Sequence record: DRR723986_6138
DNA: 35,147 nucleotides
Direction: 5' to 3' (one strand)
The position numbers were made by a program, and so were the translations under genes. The notes beneath the pieces are model-generated. The model worked only from the letters and a program-made list of their open reading frames with translations, made no database searches and was not told where the DNA came from. The first letter of the stretch is position 1, and each line of letters starts with the position of its first letter. This document shows positions 18,720 to 28,279 of this stretch, in pieces.

Positions 18720-19334
18720 ATGCGTGGTTTTGCAGTTGGTCTTGGGCTCGTTGTTGCCGGGTTCGCCTTTGTGCCGGCGGCCTGGGCAGCCGGCCCGGCC
18801 TTCGATTGTGCGAAGGCGGAAAGTTCGGCCGAAAAGCTGGTCTGTTCGAATGATGATCTGGGAGCACTGGACCAGAAACTGGCCGATATCTATGAAGGCG
18901 CGGTCGGCGTCGTGAAGTCGCTTGATGCGGGCGCCGAAGAGGAACTCAACACGCTGAAGGCCTATCAGCGCGGCTGGGTGAAAGGGCGCGACGAATGCTG
19001 GAAGAGTGACGACGAACTCTCCTGCGTCCGCTCGGCCTATGAACGCCGGATCGCGGAACTGACAGCGCGCTATCAACTGATCAAGGGACAGGCACCGGTC
19101 TTTTACACCTGCAACGAAAACCCGGCAGATGAGATCGTGGCGACCTTCTTCGATACCGAGCCACCGTCTGCACGGTTGGAGCGCGGTGACACGACCGAAA
19201 TCGTCGTGCAGGGACCGAGCGGATCCGGTGCGCGCTACGAAGGCGATTTCGGCATTTTATTCTGGATAAAGGGAGACGAGGCCATGGTGGACTGGCCTCA
19301 GGGCACGTCTTTCGATTGCAAGGTGCGAAGCTGA
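18720..19334 (+). CDS. Secreted lysozyme-inhibitor-like protein, LprI + MliC domains
   Basis: Signal peptide; PAFDCAKA...EKLVC...L..LD..L...Y..LKAYQRGWVKGRDEC..CV..AY..RIAEL (LprI); C-terminal SGSGARY...FWIKGDEA (MliC). Confidence 0.85.
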   Translation: MRGFAVGLGLVVAGFAFVPAAWAAGPAFDCAKAESSAEKLVCSNDDLGALDQKLADIYEGAVGVVKSLDAGAEEELNTLKAYQRGWVKGRDECWKSDDELSCVRSAYERRIAELTARYQLIKGQAPVFYTCNENPADEIVATFFDTEPPSARLERGDTTEIVVQGPSGSGARYEGDFGILFWIKGDEAMVDWPQGTSFDCKVRS

Positions 19335-19396
19335 CAGGCCTTTGACCGCCTGTCAGACCGCAGAAAAAAGTCGGCCGTTGCGATAAGGCAGCGGCC
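19331..19396. terminator. Back-to-back hairpins between the convergent LprI-MliC gene and acdS
   Basis: CTGACAGGC..GCCTGTCAG (19331-19356) and GGCCGTTGC..GCAGCGGCC preceded by AAAAAA (U tract on the minus strand). Confidence 0.6.
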
Positions 19397-19408
19397 GCCT
19401 GCTCATAA

Positions 19409-20425
19409 TCAGCCGTCCTTGTAATAGTAGCTATAGCCATTGAGGGCGGGGGCGCCGCCGAGGTGTGCGTAGAGCACCTTCGATCCGGCTGGAATTTTGC
19501 CCTTCTTAACCAGGTCGATCATGCCTTGCATGGATTTGCCCTCGTAGACCGGGTCGGTGATCATTGCCTCGGTCTTGGCGGCAAGCCGGATTGCGTCGTT
19601 TGTCTCTTCAGAGGGAACACCATATGCCGGGTAGGCGTAGTCAGGATTGATCACGATCTCGTCGTCCCGGACCGCGCGGCCAAGTTCCACAAGGGAGGCC
19701 GTGTTGTCGACGATCTGGCGAACCTGCGCACGGGTCTGGTCAAGGGTGCCGGAGGCGTCGATGCCGATTACGCGGTCCGCCCGGTTCTGGTCGGCGAAGC
19801 CCACGATCATTCCGGCCTGGGTGGAGCCGGTAACCACGCAGACGATGATATAGTCGAACGTGAAACCAAGCTCTTCTTCCTGCTGCTTCACTTCCTCGGC
19901 AAAGCGCACGTAACCAAGGCCGCCGTATTTGTGGACGGAGGCCCCGGCAGGAATGCCGTAAGGCGTGCCACCCGCATCGCGAACGGACTGCATTGCGTCT
20001 TCCCAGCTCTGGCGAATGCCGATGTCGAAGCCGTCGTCGACCAGACGGGAATCCGCCCCCATCAGACGCGTCAGCAGAATGTTGCCGACCCGGTCGTAGA
20101 CCGCATCGTAGTGCGGTACCCATTTTTCCTGCACCACAACGCATTTCATGCCGATCTTTGCGGCGGTGGCTGCAACCATGCGGGTGTGGTTGGACTGGAC
20201 ACCGCCGATGGAAACCAGCGTGTCTGCGCCGGAAGCGATCGCGTCGGGTACGATATATTCCAGTTTCCGCAGCTTGTTGCCGCCAAAGGCAAGGCCGGAG
20301 TTGCAGTCGTCCCGCTTTGCATAAATGTCCACCTTGCCGCCAAGCGCTTCGGAAAGCCGGGGTAGAGGTTCGATGGGCGTTGGGCCGAAGGTGAGGGGAT
20401 AGCGTTCAAACTTGCTGAGGTTCAT
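19409..20425 (-). CDS. acdS: 1-aminocyclopropane-1-carboxylate deaminase
   Basis: [34 protein letters not shown] (PLP Lys), [21 protein letters not shown] and YAHLGG (Glu/Leu residues that distinguish ACC deaminase from D-cysteine desulfhydrase). Confidence 0.96.
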   Translation of the reverse strand: MNLSKFERYPLTFGPTPIEPLPRLSEALGGKVDIYAKRDDCNSGLAFGGNKLRKLEYIVPDAIASGADTLVSIGGVQSNHTRMVAATAAKIGMKCVVVQEKWVPHYDAVYDRVGNILLTRLMGADSRLVDDGFDIGIRQSWEDAMQSVRDAGGTPYGIPAGASVHKYGGLGYVRFAEEVKQQEEELGFTFDYIIVCVVTGSTQAGMIVGFADQNRADRVIGIDASGTLDQTRAQVRQIVDNTASLVELGRAVRDDEIVINPDYAYPAYGVPSEETNDAIRLAAKTEAMITDPVYEGKSMQGMIDLVKKGKIPAGSKVLYAHLGGAPALNGYSYYYKDG

Positions 20426-20582
20426 GGAGCACACCGGATTGATTGTTGACCCTTTGAGCCTTGCAGAAATACTCAGAAAGGTGCTTTCAAAGTTTGATGT
20501 ATTTTTTCTGTTAATGAGAACTTGAGGCGTATATTAATTCCTCAATCATCGAATTAAGGTCAAAAGACTGAAAGATTCTTCC

Positions 20583-21047
20583 ATGGCTGGCGAGCTCGAC
20601 CGGATTGACCGCAAAATTCTCAAGCTGCTGCAGGAAGATGGCCGCCTCAGCAACGCCGAACTTGCCGGTCTGGTAAATGTCAGCCCGGCGACCTGTCACA
20701 GACGGACGCAGCGGCTGTTCGACGAGGGCTTCATTCAGGGCGTGCGCGCTCACATCGATCCGCAAAAGGTCGACAGATCTGCCCTTGTGATCGTGGGCGT
20801 GGTGCTGGACCGGTCGACGCCGCAAAGTTTTGCGGAGTTTGAAGAGGTGGTTCGCAAGGCGGACTTTGTTCTCGATTGCCACCTGGTGGCAGGCGACTTC
20901 GACTACTTCCTGAAAATCCGCACACGGGACATGGCGGACTTCAACAAGCTGCACGGCGAAAAGCTGATTGCGCTGCCGGGTGTGCGCCAGACCCGCACGT
21001 TTTTTGTCATGAAGGAAGTGACGGACAACGCTCCGCTGCCTTTCTGA
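20583..21047 (+). CDS. acdR: Lrp/AsnC regulator of ACC deaminase
   Basis: LDRIDRKILKLLQEDGR; VLDRSTPQSFAEFE; DFNKLHGEKLIALPGVRQTRTFFVMKEV; divergent from acdS. Confidence 0.92.
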   Translation: MAGELDRIDRKILKLLQEDGRLSNAELAGLVNVSPATCHRRTQRLFDEGFIQGVRAHIDPQKVDRSALVIVGVVLDRSTPQSFAEFEEVVRKADFVLDCHLVAGDFDYFLKIRTRDMADFNKLHGEKLIALPGVRQTRTFFVMKEVTDNAPLPF

Positions 21048-21218
21048 AATAGTTCGGCTTCCCTGGCTTCCTGGTCGCCGGCCTCGCAGACCGGACGACT
21101 GATGAGCGCCCCGGATCTGCTGCCTGAAATTCCCTTCCATTGTTCTGCCGTCAGTGAGCCTCGATCGCCCTGGCTTAAAAAACGGTTGCCTTGGTCACCG
21201 GCAATAAAGTACAGATTT

Positions 21219-21241
21219 GATATGTAATAACATAACATATC
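21219..21241. promoter_or_regulatory. Zur box
   Basis: GATATGTAATA-A-CATAACATATC closely matches the proteobacterial Zur consensus GAAATGTTATA-N-TATAACATTTC; directly upstream of COG0523. Confidence 0.85.
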
Positions 21242-21259
21242 AAACTTGCTGGAGGCCTT

Positions 21260-22474
21260 ATGTCCGATCGACGCCTGCCTGTAACCGTTCTGTCCGGGTT
21301 CCTTGGAGCGGGAAAAACCACCTTGCTCAATCGCATCCTCAACAACCGTTCCGGGTTGAAGGTGGCTGTAATCGTCAACGACATGTCGGAGGTGAATATC
21401 GACGCAGACCTGGTGCGGGCAGGCGGCGCGGAGCTGAGCAAGACCGAGGAAACCCTTGTCGAGATGTCCAATGGCTGCATCTGCTGCACCTTGCGCGACG
21501 ATCTGCTGAACGAGGTTCGCCGCCTGGCTGGCGAAGGGCGGTTCGACTACCTGCTTATTGAATCAACGGGGATATCCGAACCGTTGCCGGTGGCGGCGAC
21601 TTTCGAATTCCGAGACGAAGCCGGCGACAGCCTTGCCGATGTGGCAAGGCTCGACACGATGGTGACGGTGGTCGATGCGGTCAATCTGCTGAAGGATTAC
21701 TCCAGCCATGATTTCCTGAGCGATCGGGGAGAGACGCTGGGCGAGGAGGACGAACGCACGCTGGTGCATCTCCTGACGGACCAGATAGAGTTTGCCGATG
21801 TGGTGGTTCTCAACAAGGTGGGTGCCGCGTCGGCCGGACAGGTGGATGCTGCCCGCAAGATCATCCGCAGTCTCAACGCGGATGCGAAGATTATCGAGAC
21901 CGACTACTCGGAAGTCTCGCCTTCCGACATCCTGAACACGGGGCTCTTCAATTTTGAAAAGGCTCATGAACACCCGATGTGGGCCAAGGAGCTTTACGGC
22001 TTTGCTGACCACATTCCCGAAACCGAGGAATATGGTGTTGCCTCCTACGTCTACCGGGCACGGCGGCCATTCGATCCGGAAAAGATCCATGAGCTGCTCA
22101 ATGGGCAGTTACCGGGCGTGATCCGCGCCAAGGGCCATTTCTGGATCGGCAGCCGGCCGCAATGGGTGATCGAGTTCTCGCTGGCCGGGGCGCTCTCCAG
22201 CATCAGTCCGCTTGGCACCTGGTGGGCGTCGGTGCCGAAGGAGCGTTGGCCGGATGACGACCGCGCCCGGGCCTATGCGAAGTCGCTCTGGGTCGAACCG
22301 TTTGGCGACCGGCGGCAGGAAATTGTCTTCATCGGTGCGGGCATCGACTGGCCGCTTCTGAAAAGCCGGCTCGACGCGTGCCTGATCGGCGAAAACGCGG
22401 GTGACGAACTGTCGGCCTTTGCGCAACTGCCGGATCCCTTTCCAGCCTTCCGCCATGCGGACCGCGCAGCATGA
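21260..22474 (+). CDS. COG0523 (CobW/ZigA-type) zinc metallochaperone GTPase
   Basis: [43 protein letters not shown], CobW_C ([19 protein letters not shown]). Confidence 0.95.
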   Translation: MSDRRLPVTVLSGFLGAGKTTLLNRILNNRSGLKVAVIVNDMSEVNIDADLVRAGGAELSKTEETLVEMSNGCICCTLRDDLLNEVRRLAGEGRFDYLLIESTGISEPLPVAATFEFRDEAGDSLADVARLDTMVTVVDAVNLLKDYSSHDFLSDRGETLGEEDERTLVHLLTDQIEFADVVVLNKVGAASAGQVDAARKIIRSLNADAKIIETDYSEVSPSDILNTGLFNFEKAHEHPMWAKELYGFADHIPETEEYGVASYVYRARRPFDPEKIHELLNGQLPGVIRAKGHFWIGSRPQWVIEFSLAGALSSISPLGTWWASVPKERWPDDDRARAYAKSLWVEPFGDRRQEIVFIGAGIDWPLLKSRLDACLIGENAGDELSAFAQLPDPFPAFRHADRAA

Positions 22475-23103
22475 CAGCGCTGGAACCGAAGGCGGACGCC
22501 CTTTCGAACGGGCCTGCCGCACGGGATGTGATTATCGGCCGGGATCCGGACATTCTCGCCGACATTCGCGATCCGGGCATCGCCGCCGCTATCTGGCGTC
22601 GAACGCCGGATCCCGAATTTCAGAGGTGGGTGAATGCCTTGCCGAAAGACAACCTGCCGGAACTGCGCACGGTGGTGCCTGTGCATCTGGCAGAGGCGGC
22701 TGTCCGGGCGGCTTGCGAGAGCCATGGACTTCCTGCGTGTCGGGAGAGGGACATACTGGCAAGTGATGTCGGGGCACTTGCCCTGATGCTGGCAAAGACG
22801 CTGACAGTGCGTCTGCTGCGATTGCGGCTGGATGTTTTGGAAGACGTCATGTGTCCGAAGTTCCACCTGGACAATGTTCGCGCCCGGTTGTTGTGCACCT
22901 ATCGCGGGCCGGGCACGGAATATGTTCCGGAAAATGTGGCCGAGGAGCCTGGCCGCATCCGTCAGGTGCCGCCTGGGGGCGTTGCCGTTTTTCGCGGCCG
23001 TCAATGGTCTTGCGGCGAAAGAACCGCTCTCTTGCACCGGTCTCCGGCCGCAACTCCGGCAGGTGGCCCGCGGCTTCTTCTGGTGATCGATCCGGCAGAC
23101 TAG
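22471..23103 (+). CDS. DUF1826 domain protein
   Basis: [37 protein letters not shown]...RLLLVID; ATGA overlap with COG0523. Confidence 0.88.
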   Translation: MTALEPKADALSNGPAARDVIIGRDPDILADIRDPGIAAAIWRRTPDPEFQRWVNALPKDNLPELRTVVPVHLAEAAVRAACESHGLPACRERDILASDVGALALMLAKTLTVRLLRLRLDVLEDVMCPKFHLDNVRARLLCTYRGPGTEYVPENVAEEPGRIRQVPPGGVAVFRGRQWSCGERTALLHRSPAATPAGGPRLLLVIDPAD

Positions 23104-23127
23104 GCGGGCTGCATTTCCGAAGGGGCC

Positions 23128-23670
23128 TCAGTCACACTCTCGGCTTAACCAGGTTTGATATCGGTCGAGGTGTCGCGTGACGATCGCGGCAAGGGAGGCA
23201 TCCGTACAGATCATCTCAGGGGTGATGGCATTGCTGGTGAGGCCAAGCGAAAATCCGGCTTCACTGACGATTTCGGCGGACATGGTCCGGAGGATCTCTT
23301 CCAGCTGAACCGGGGCAAAGGCGTGACGGGAGGTGACATGGGCAAGGGCGACCGGCTTGCCGGGAAACTTCTGACAGCCAACCATCCAGTCGAGAGCGTT
23401 TTTGAAGCTGCCGGGCAGTGCATGCATGTATTCCGGCACGGCGAACAGCAGCCCGTCGGCGCGCGCCACCTGTTCGCGCAGGTCGATGACGATTTCCGGC
23501 AGGTGGTCGGTAATATCCAGATCCGGCACGAAATGCGGCAGATCGCCGATGCGGTCATAGCGGCTGAGAACGAGCCCGTCCGGCGCCAGCCGTTCTGCTG
23601 CGCTCAGCAGGGCCAGATTGGACGATGCGGCACGAAGACTGCCGCAAAATGTAAGGATCCTGAAAGGCAA
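23128..23670 (-). CDS. NADPH-dependent FMN reductase (start uncertain; TTG 23670 assumed)
   Basis: ILTFCGSLRAASSN, ADGLLFAVPEY...PGSFKNALDW, GKPVA. Confidence 0.85.
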   Translation of the reverse strand: MPFRILTFCGSLRAASSNLALLSAAERLAPDGLVLSRYDRIGDLPHFVPDLDITDHLPEIVIDLREQVARADGLLFAVPEYMHALPGSFKNALDWMVGCQKFPGKPVALAHVTSRHAFAPVQLEEILRTMSAEIVSEAGFSLGLTSNAITPEMICTDASLAAIVTRHLDRYQTWLSRECD

Positions 23671-23758
23671 GGGACTGGTCCGGTTGAAGGAGGCTAGGGG
23701 CGAGCCTATCGGATTCGCCCCGTATCGTGACCCCCAACGACCGACCAGTTTGCGCCTT

Positions 23759-24382
23759 CTACCGGCTGGCAGCGGCCAGTGCTGCACCAAAGCCGACAAA
23801 GAGTGTGCCTGTGATCCGGCGTACCCACAGCATGCGCTTTGCAGACGTCAGGAAACGGCGCATGTGGCCGCCTGCGTAGGCAATTGCGGCATGGTTGGCG
23901 AAACACAATGCGGCGTAGGTGAAGGACAGCACCGAGATCTCCGTGAGATCGATGCCGTCGGCGCGCATGAATTGCGGGAACAGCGCGGTGATGACCAGAA
24001 TGGCCTTCGGATTGGTGACGGAAACGAGCAGTGCCTCCAGGAACAGCTTTCTGGGGCTTTTGCGGGCAATCAGGACACCATCTTCCACGTGAAAGGCAGA
24101 CTTGTCGCGCCAGATCTTGAGGCCGATGAATATGAGATAGGCGGCACCAATGACCTTCAGCACCGTGAAGGCCACGGCGGAGGCTGCCATCAGGGCGCCA
24201 AAGCCAAGGGCGACCGCGTATCCAAGGATTACCAGTCCCGTGGCATTGCCTGCCGCGGAAGCGAGGGTCGCGTTACGGCCGAACCGGAGAGTGTTGGAAA
24301 TGGCCAGCATGACTGCCGGGCCGGGGCTGACGGCAGGCAGAAGCGAGACAGCAATAAAGACGAGCCAAAGATCTATCGGCAT
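23759..24382 (-). CDS. LysE/RhtB family exporter
   Basis: SPGPAVML..S...G, LKVIGAAYLIFIG, VSVTNPKAIL, FPQF. Confidence 0.92.
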   Translation of the reverse strand: MPIDLWLVFIAVSLLPAVSPGPAVMLAISNTLRFGRNATLASAAGNATGLVILGYAVALGFGALMAASAVAFTVLKVIGAAYLIFIGLKIWRDKSAFHVEDGVLIARKSPRKLFLEALLVSVTNPKAILVITALFPQFMRADGIDLTEISVLSFTYAALCFANHAAIAYAGGHMRRFLTSAKRMLWVRRITGTLFVGFGAALAAASR

Positions 24383-24427
24383 TTCGGTTCTCGAGAAAAG
24401 GCTGCGGGGTGCAGCCGGAGGGGTGGT

Positions 24428-25012
24428 TCAGGGCAGCAGCCGGCCGTCGCGTACGGCCTGGTTCAACAGGTCCTGGGCAAAATCCCAAAGACCCGGGAAG
24501 GGAGACAGGCGGGATTCCTTCGTCAGCTTCAACGCTTCGGCGGAAATGGGTTCATGGGTCGGATCGTCCAGGCCGGATGCAAAGACCAACACCATCGGAT
24601 GCAGCGCGTCCATCGCGTTGGCGAATTTGGCTTCCGGTGTTTCGTTGGCTTCGAACTCCAGCCAAAGAGCCTTGAAATCCAGGCCTTGCGATGAGGGAAG
24701 CAGGGCGAACAGTCGGCTTGCGGCTGCCTGTTCCAGATCCTTGATGCCGGCCCGGTTGTCGTCTGTGACCCAGTGGTCGCCTGCGTCGATCTCGACCAGG
24801 TCGTGAACGGCGAGCAGCTTGACGACGTGGTTGATGTCGGTGCCGGCAGGGGCGTGCTCGGCAAGTGTCAGCGTCTGCAGGATCACGTGCCAGCAGTGCT
24901 CGGCCGTGGTCTCGCGCCGGGCGCCGCCCGTGAGCTGGTTCAGCCGGACGACTTCCTTCAGCTTGTCGGTTTCCAGAAGAAACGCGACCTGCTTCTCCAA
25001 AGTGTCGTTCAT
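24428..25012 (-). CDS. HD-domain phosphohydrolase (HD_3/YfbR-like)
   Basis: DKLKEVVR..RRETTAEHCWH..LAVHDLVEIDAGD..LWLEFE..ETPEAKFANAMD; TGATG overlap with the pdxJ stop. Confidence 0.88.
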   Translation of the reverse strand: MNDTLEKQVAFLLETDKLKEVVRLNQLTGGARRETTAEHCWHVILQTLTLAEHAPAGTDINHVVKLLAVHDLVEIDAGDHWVTDDNRAGIKDLEQAAASRLFALLPSSQGLDFKALWLEFEANETPEAKFANAMDALHPMVLVFASGLDDPTHEPISAEALKLTKESRLSPFPGLWDFAQDLLNQAVRDGRLLP

Positions 25013-25761
25013 CAGATCTCGCCCATGGCCCCGCGGAAGCGGGCAACGCTTTCGGCAAAGCCATGGATCAGCGCATCGGCGGTAAAGCCGTGGCCGATCG
25101 ACATTTCCCGAATGAAGGGGGCGCGCGCCATCAGGGCAGGAATGTTTTCGACGGTCAGATCATGCCCGGCATTGACGCCGAGCCCGCAGGCCTGGGCGGC
25201 TTCCGCCGTGGCGACAATCATGTCGAGTTCCTTTTCGGCGCGTGCCGGGTCATCGTAGCAGGCGCCATAGGGGCCGGTGTAGATCTCGATACGTTCCGCC
25301 CCGAGCCTGGCAGCGTGTTCGGGGGCAGCCGGGTCCGGATCGCAGAAGAGCGAGACCGTGACCGCCCACTCCTTGGCGGCGGCAATCGCCGTTTCCAGCG
25401 CGCTGGTGTCTTTCGAAAAGTCCCAGCCATGGTCCGAGGTGGACTGCTGCGGGTCGTCCGGCACGAACAGGACCTGTTCGGGGCGGGCTTCCTCCACCAG
25501 CTTCATGAAATCGGGGGCCGGATAGCCCTCCAGGCACAGTTCCTTGTTCGGGAACCTGTCCTCGATCAGCTCGGACAGCTCGAACACGTCCGTCTTGCGG
25601 ATATGGCGTTCATCGGGACGAGGATGCACGGTGATGCCCTTGGCGCCGGCTTCCATCGCGATGGCCGCAAGGCCAGTCACGCTCGGCCAGGGCAGATCCC
25701 GGCGATTTCGCAACATGGCGATGGCGTTGACATTGACGGAAAGGCGCGAAACGGCAGGCAT
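25012..25761 (-). CDS. pdxJ: Pyridoxine 5'-phosphate synthase
   Basis: LSVNVNAIAMLRNRR, GITVHPRPDERHIR, TSDHGWD, RIEIYTGPY, GLGVNAGHDL, EMSIGH. Confidence 0.95.
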   Translation of the reverse strand: MPAVSRLSVNVNAIAMLRNRRDLPWPSVTGLAAIAMEAGAKGITVHPRPDERHIRKTDVFELSELIEDRFPNKELCLEGYPAPDFMKLVEEARPEQVLFVPDDPQQSTSDHGWDFSKDTSALETAIAAAKEWAVTVSLFCDPDPAAPEHAARLGAERIEIYTGPYGACYDDPARAEKELDMIVATAEAAQACGLGVNAGHDLTVENIPALMARAPFIREMSIGHGFTADALIHGFAESVARFRGAMGEI

Positions 25762-25863
25762 GATTGATAGTCCGGTGAAAACGGTTCTGATCTGGCTTTA
25801 AGAGACTGGGTCAGGTTCGCAAGATTGTGTCAAAAGCCGTTGAAGTCAAACGAGGAATTGTCA

Positions 25864-27591
25864 CTAGAGACAATGTTTTTCAGTGTTGGTCGTTGTCGGA
25901 TTTCCCGTGAGATTGTGTTGGAGGGGCTTCAGCCACCCTTGATATCGCACGAGCCGCCCGAGACCAGGCAGGGAGATCTCGACGTCGAAGCGGAAGATGC
26001 CATCCGGTGCCGTCTCGGCTGTTTCGCTGATCGGCAACAACCAGCGCGGCAAGGGAATGCCAAACAGCTTGCCGCTGCGAACGGGGTAGGCGAGTGCATC
26101 GCCTTTCAGGTTCAGGTGAATGTTGAACGTTGTTGGTCCGAAACGCTCCTGAACCACGCCGGACCCCGGTGCCCCTGACAGGCTGAGCACGGACCGGAAA
26201 GTCTTGCCGCCGAAATTGCGCTGCCAGATTTCCTTGTCGCCCTGCCGCTTGATGGTCACTTTCACCGGAGTTGCATCTGCTTCGGGCGGAAAGCCGACGA
26301 TACGGCACAGCAACTGGCCGAGCCGCGAGGTGCCGCGCGTGACTTTTGCCTCACCGGTCCATTGCCGACGGTCAAACACTGTGTGAAGGGAGCGGATCTC
26401 TTCAGGCAAAGCTTTGAAGGTGCTGCTGCCGAGTGCCTGCTGGAACAAGACCGGTGCCGCCTGCTTTGCAGTGAAGGTGCGGACGTTCAGATGAGCGGTG
26501 GCCTCCTCGACGTCTGCCAGTTTGAATTCACCAAGGCTTGGCCGCGCTCCGGCTGGAACAACACCTTCAACAAGGTGCTTGCACAAGATAGCGCCCGGGA
26601 CTGCCGGGATATGCGGCCCGTCGCCGGCTTCCGCAATCAGTGTCCAGCTGGCGGACAACGGCTGGCCGTCCTTGCCAAGCCCGGCAAGCCGGACTTCCAT
26701 GCCGCCGCGGTCGGACCCGAACCGTTCGAACCAGCCCGCGACAGTACGAAGGAGTGGAGCTGCAGATTGTAGTGACCCGACAAGGCGAAGACGCACCAGC
26801 CAGGAGAGAGCCCAGAGGCCCAGATGAAGGAGGGAGAGTTCAAGTCCCGCCCGGAACAGCACCGCTCGAGCGTTATAGACCTTGGGAAAGAGTGTCAGAT
26901 CGGGCGCACCGATGAAACTCGACCAGCGCTTTGAAAGACCGCTGCTGCCTTCAGGGCCGATCCGGCGCCGGGAGAGACCGGACCAGCCGATGACCTTTGT
27001 CCATCTGCCATCGCGGTAGACGGAAACGGGCTTGCCGGACTGGGTCAGGATCGCTTCGATGACGGAGAGACCACGAGGCGCACGATTACCCGGCAGGATG
27101 GTGCTTTCGATCAGGTCGACCTGTGAGAACTCATGCCGAAGAGCTTCGACCGCAACCGAAGAGAGAGCCGGTACGCTGGAAACGCCTGAAAACACGGTCA
27201 GTCCGCGCAAGCGTGCCTGCTCGTCGAGCGCGGTAATACCGCTGGTGAACCCGGCATCGTCCGACAGATCCAGATAATGGCTGCCGGCGGCAAGCGCTGC
27301 TTCCGCAACGGCGTAGGGGGATTGCCGGTAGGCCTGAAACGGACCGGCGGCGTCGACGGTGACGAAAGGACGAAGGGCGAGAAGGGCAGCAGCGAAATCA
27401 GGTGCCGTCCGATCCAGAACGGCGGCAGTGCCACCATGCCGGCGACAGAAGTCTTCAGCTTTTTTCTGGCTGCGGCCTGCGACGATGACCTCCAGATGCT
27501 CGTGTCTCAGCAGCGCCTCGGCCAGCTTTCCACCGAAAACGCCATAGCCACCGAGAACGACGATCCGCTTCCTTCGGGAAAGTTCAGTCAA
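25864..27591 (-). CDS. Saccharopine dehydrogenase-like NAD(P)-binding protein fused to C-terminal DUF4166
   Basis: VLGGYGVFG, DAAGPFQ, HYLDLSD, SGVSSVPALS, GDGPHIP; C-terminal F..LP..IR.LH..EIWQRNFGG..FRS..ERFGP..FDVEI.LP..G.LVRYQGWL. TTG start overlaps the DCC1 stop. Confidence 0.85.
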   Translation of the reverse strand: MTELSRRKRIVVLGGYGVFGGKLAEALLRHEHLEVIVAGRSQKKAEDFCRRHGGTAAVLDRTAPDFAAALLALRPFVTVDAAGPFQAYRQSPYAVAEAALAAGSHYLDLSDDAGFTSGITALDEQARLRGLTVFSGVSSVPALSSVAVEALRHEFSQVDLIESTILPGNRAPRGLSVIEAILTQSGKPVSVYRDGRWTKVIGWSGLSRRRIGPEGSSGLSKRWSSFIGAPDLTLFPKVYNARAVLFRAGLELSLLHLGLWALSWLVRLRLVGSLQSAAPLLRTVAGWFERFGSDRGGMEVRLAGLGKDGQPLSASWTLIAEAGDGPHIPAVPGAILCKHLVEGVVPAGARPSLGEFKLADVEEATAHLNVRTFTAKQAAPVLFQQALGSSTFKALPEEIRSLHTVFDRRQWTGEAKVTRGTSRLGQLLCRIVGFPPEADATPVKVTIKRQGDKEIWQRNFGGKTFRSVLSLSGAPGSGVVQERFGPTTFNIHLNLKGDALAYPVRSGKLFGIPLPRWLLPISETAETAPDGIFRFDVEISLPGLGRLVRYQGWLKPLQHNLTGNPTTTNTEKHCL

Positions 27592-28024
27592 GGAGCCGTT
27601 CCTTCAGAGCCGCCGACGGCAGGGGACAGGTTCGTCTGCCGAGCCGATAGCGGTTTTGGGCAATCCTGTCATAAGTCCAGTCCGCGAGCCTGCGCGGCAG
27701 AAGATCCAGCACCGTGAGCGCCTTCCAGGGCCAGCCGAGACTTTTCATGGCTGCGGTGAAGGACGCCATTTTGGTGTAGGCCCGGCCGCGGCAGATAACG
27801 ATGTTGGTTTCCATCTTCTGCGGGTCGAGCCCGTGGTGCCGGTAGAGTGCCTGACCGATGTCCGAATGGGCGTCGACAAAGCGAAAGCCTGCTGTCCGGT
27901 CGTGCCTGGCGACGAACCGGGCAAAGCCGGAGCACAGAACGCAAATGCCATCAAAGACGATCAGGTTGTCGGGAAGATGTGCAAGGGCAGGCGGGGCCGA
28001 TTTGACGTTGCGTCTGGTTTCCAT
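27584..28024 (-). CDS. DCC1-like thiol-disulfide oxidoreductase (DUF393)
   Basis: IVFDGICVLC (DxxCxxC); LADWTYDRIAQNRYRL.R..CPLP; ATG 28024 assumed. Confidence 0.87.
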   Translation of the reverse strand: METRRNVKSAPPALAHLPDNLIVFDGICVLCSGFARFVARHDRTAGFRFVDAHSDIGQALYRHHGLDPQKMETNIVICRGRAYTKMASFTAAMKSLGWPWKALTVLDLLPRRLADWTYDRIAQNRYRLGRRTCPLPSAALKERLLD

Positions 28025-28279
28025 CGTCTTGGGGCTTTCGCGGGCAATGACAGGTTTCCGCCTCTCATGTAGGGTTGCAACGCAGGGTTCGGCGAGCCCG
28101 CACAAGGTCGCAGTACAGTATTACGACTAGGTTTTCAGGTTCCGCCGTTTCCTCTAAGACTGGCCGCAAGGGGCCCGATTCTTAAGCTTGTTCCGGACTG
28201 AAACCGATTTCGGTGTCGATCCGAACCAGAATCAATGCATACATCGAGGTCTCGGATCGAGAAAACTACCAGGTAATCC

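Noticed and set aside
21216..21244. FNR/FixK box (TTGAT...ATCAA)
   Set aside because: The half-sites are far more than 4 nt apart; a Zur box explains the sequence.
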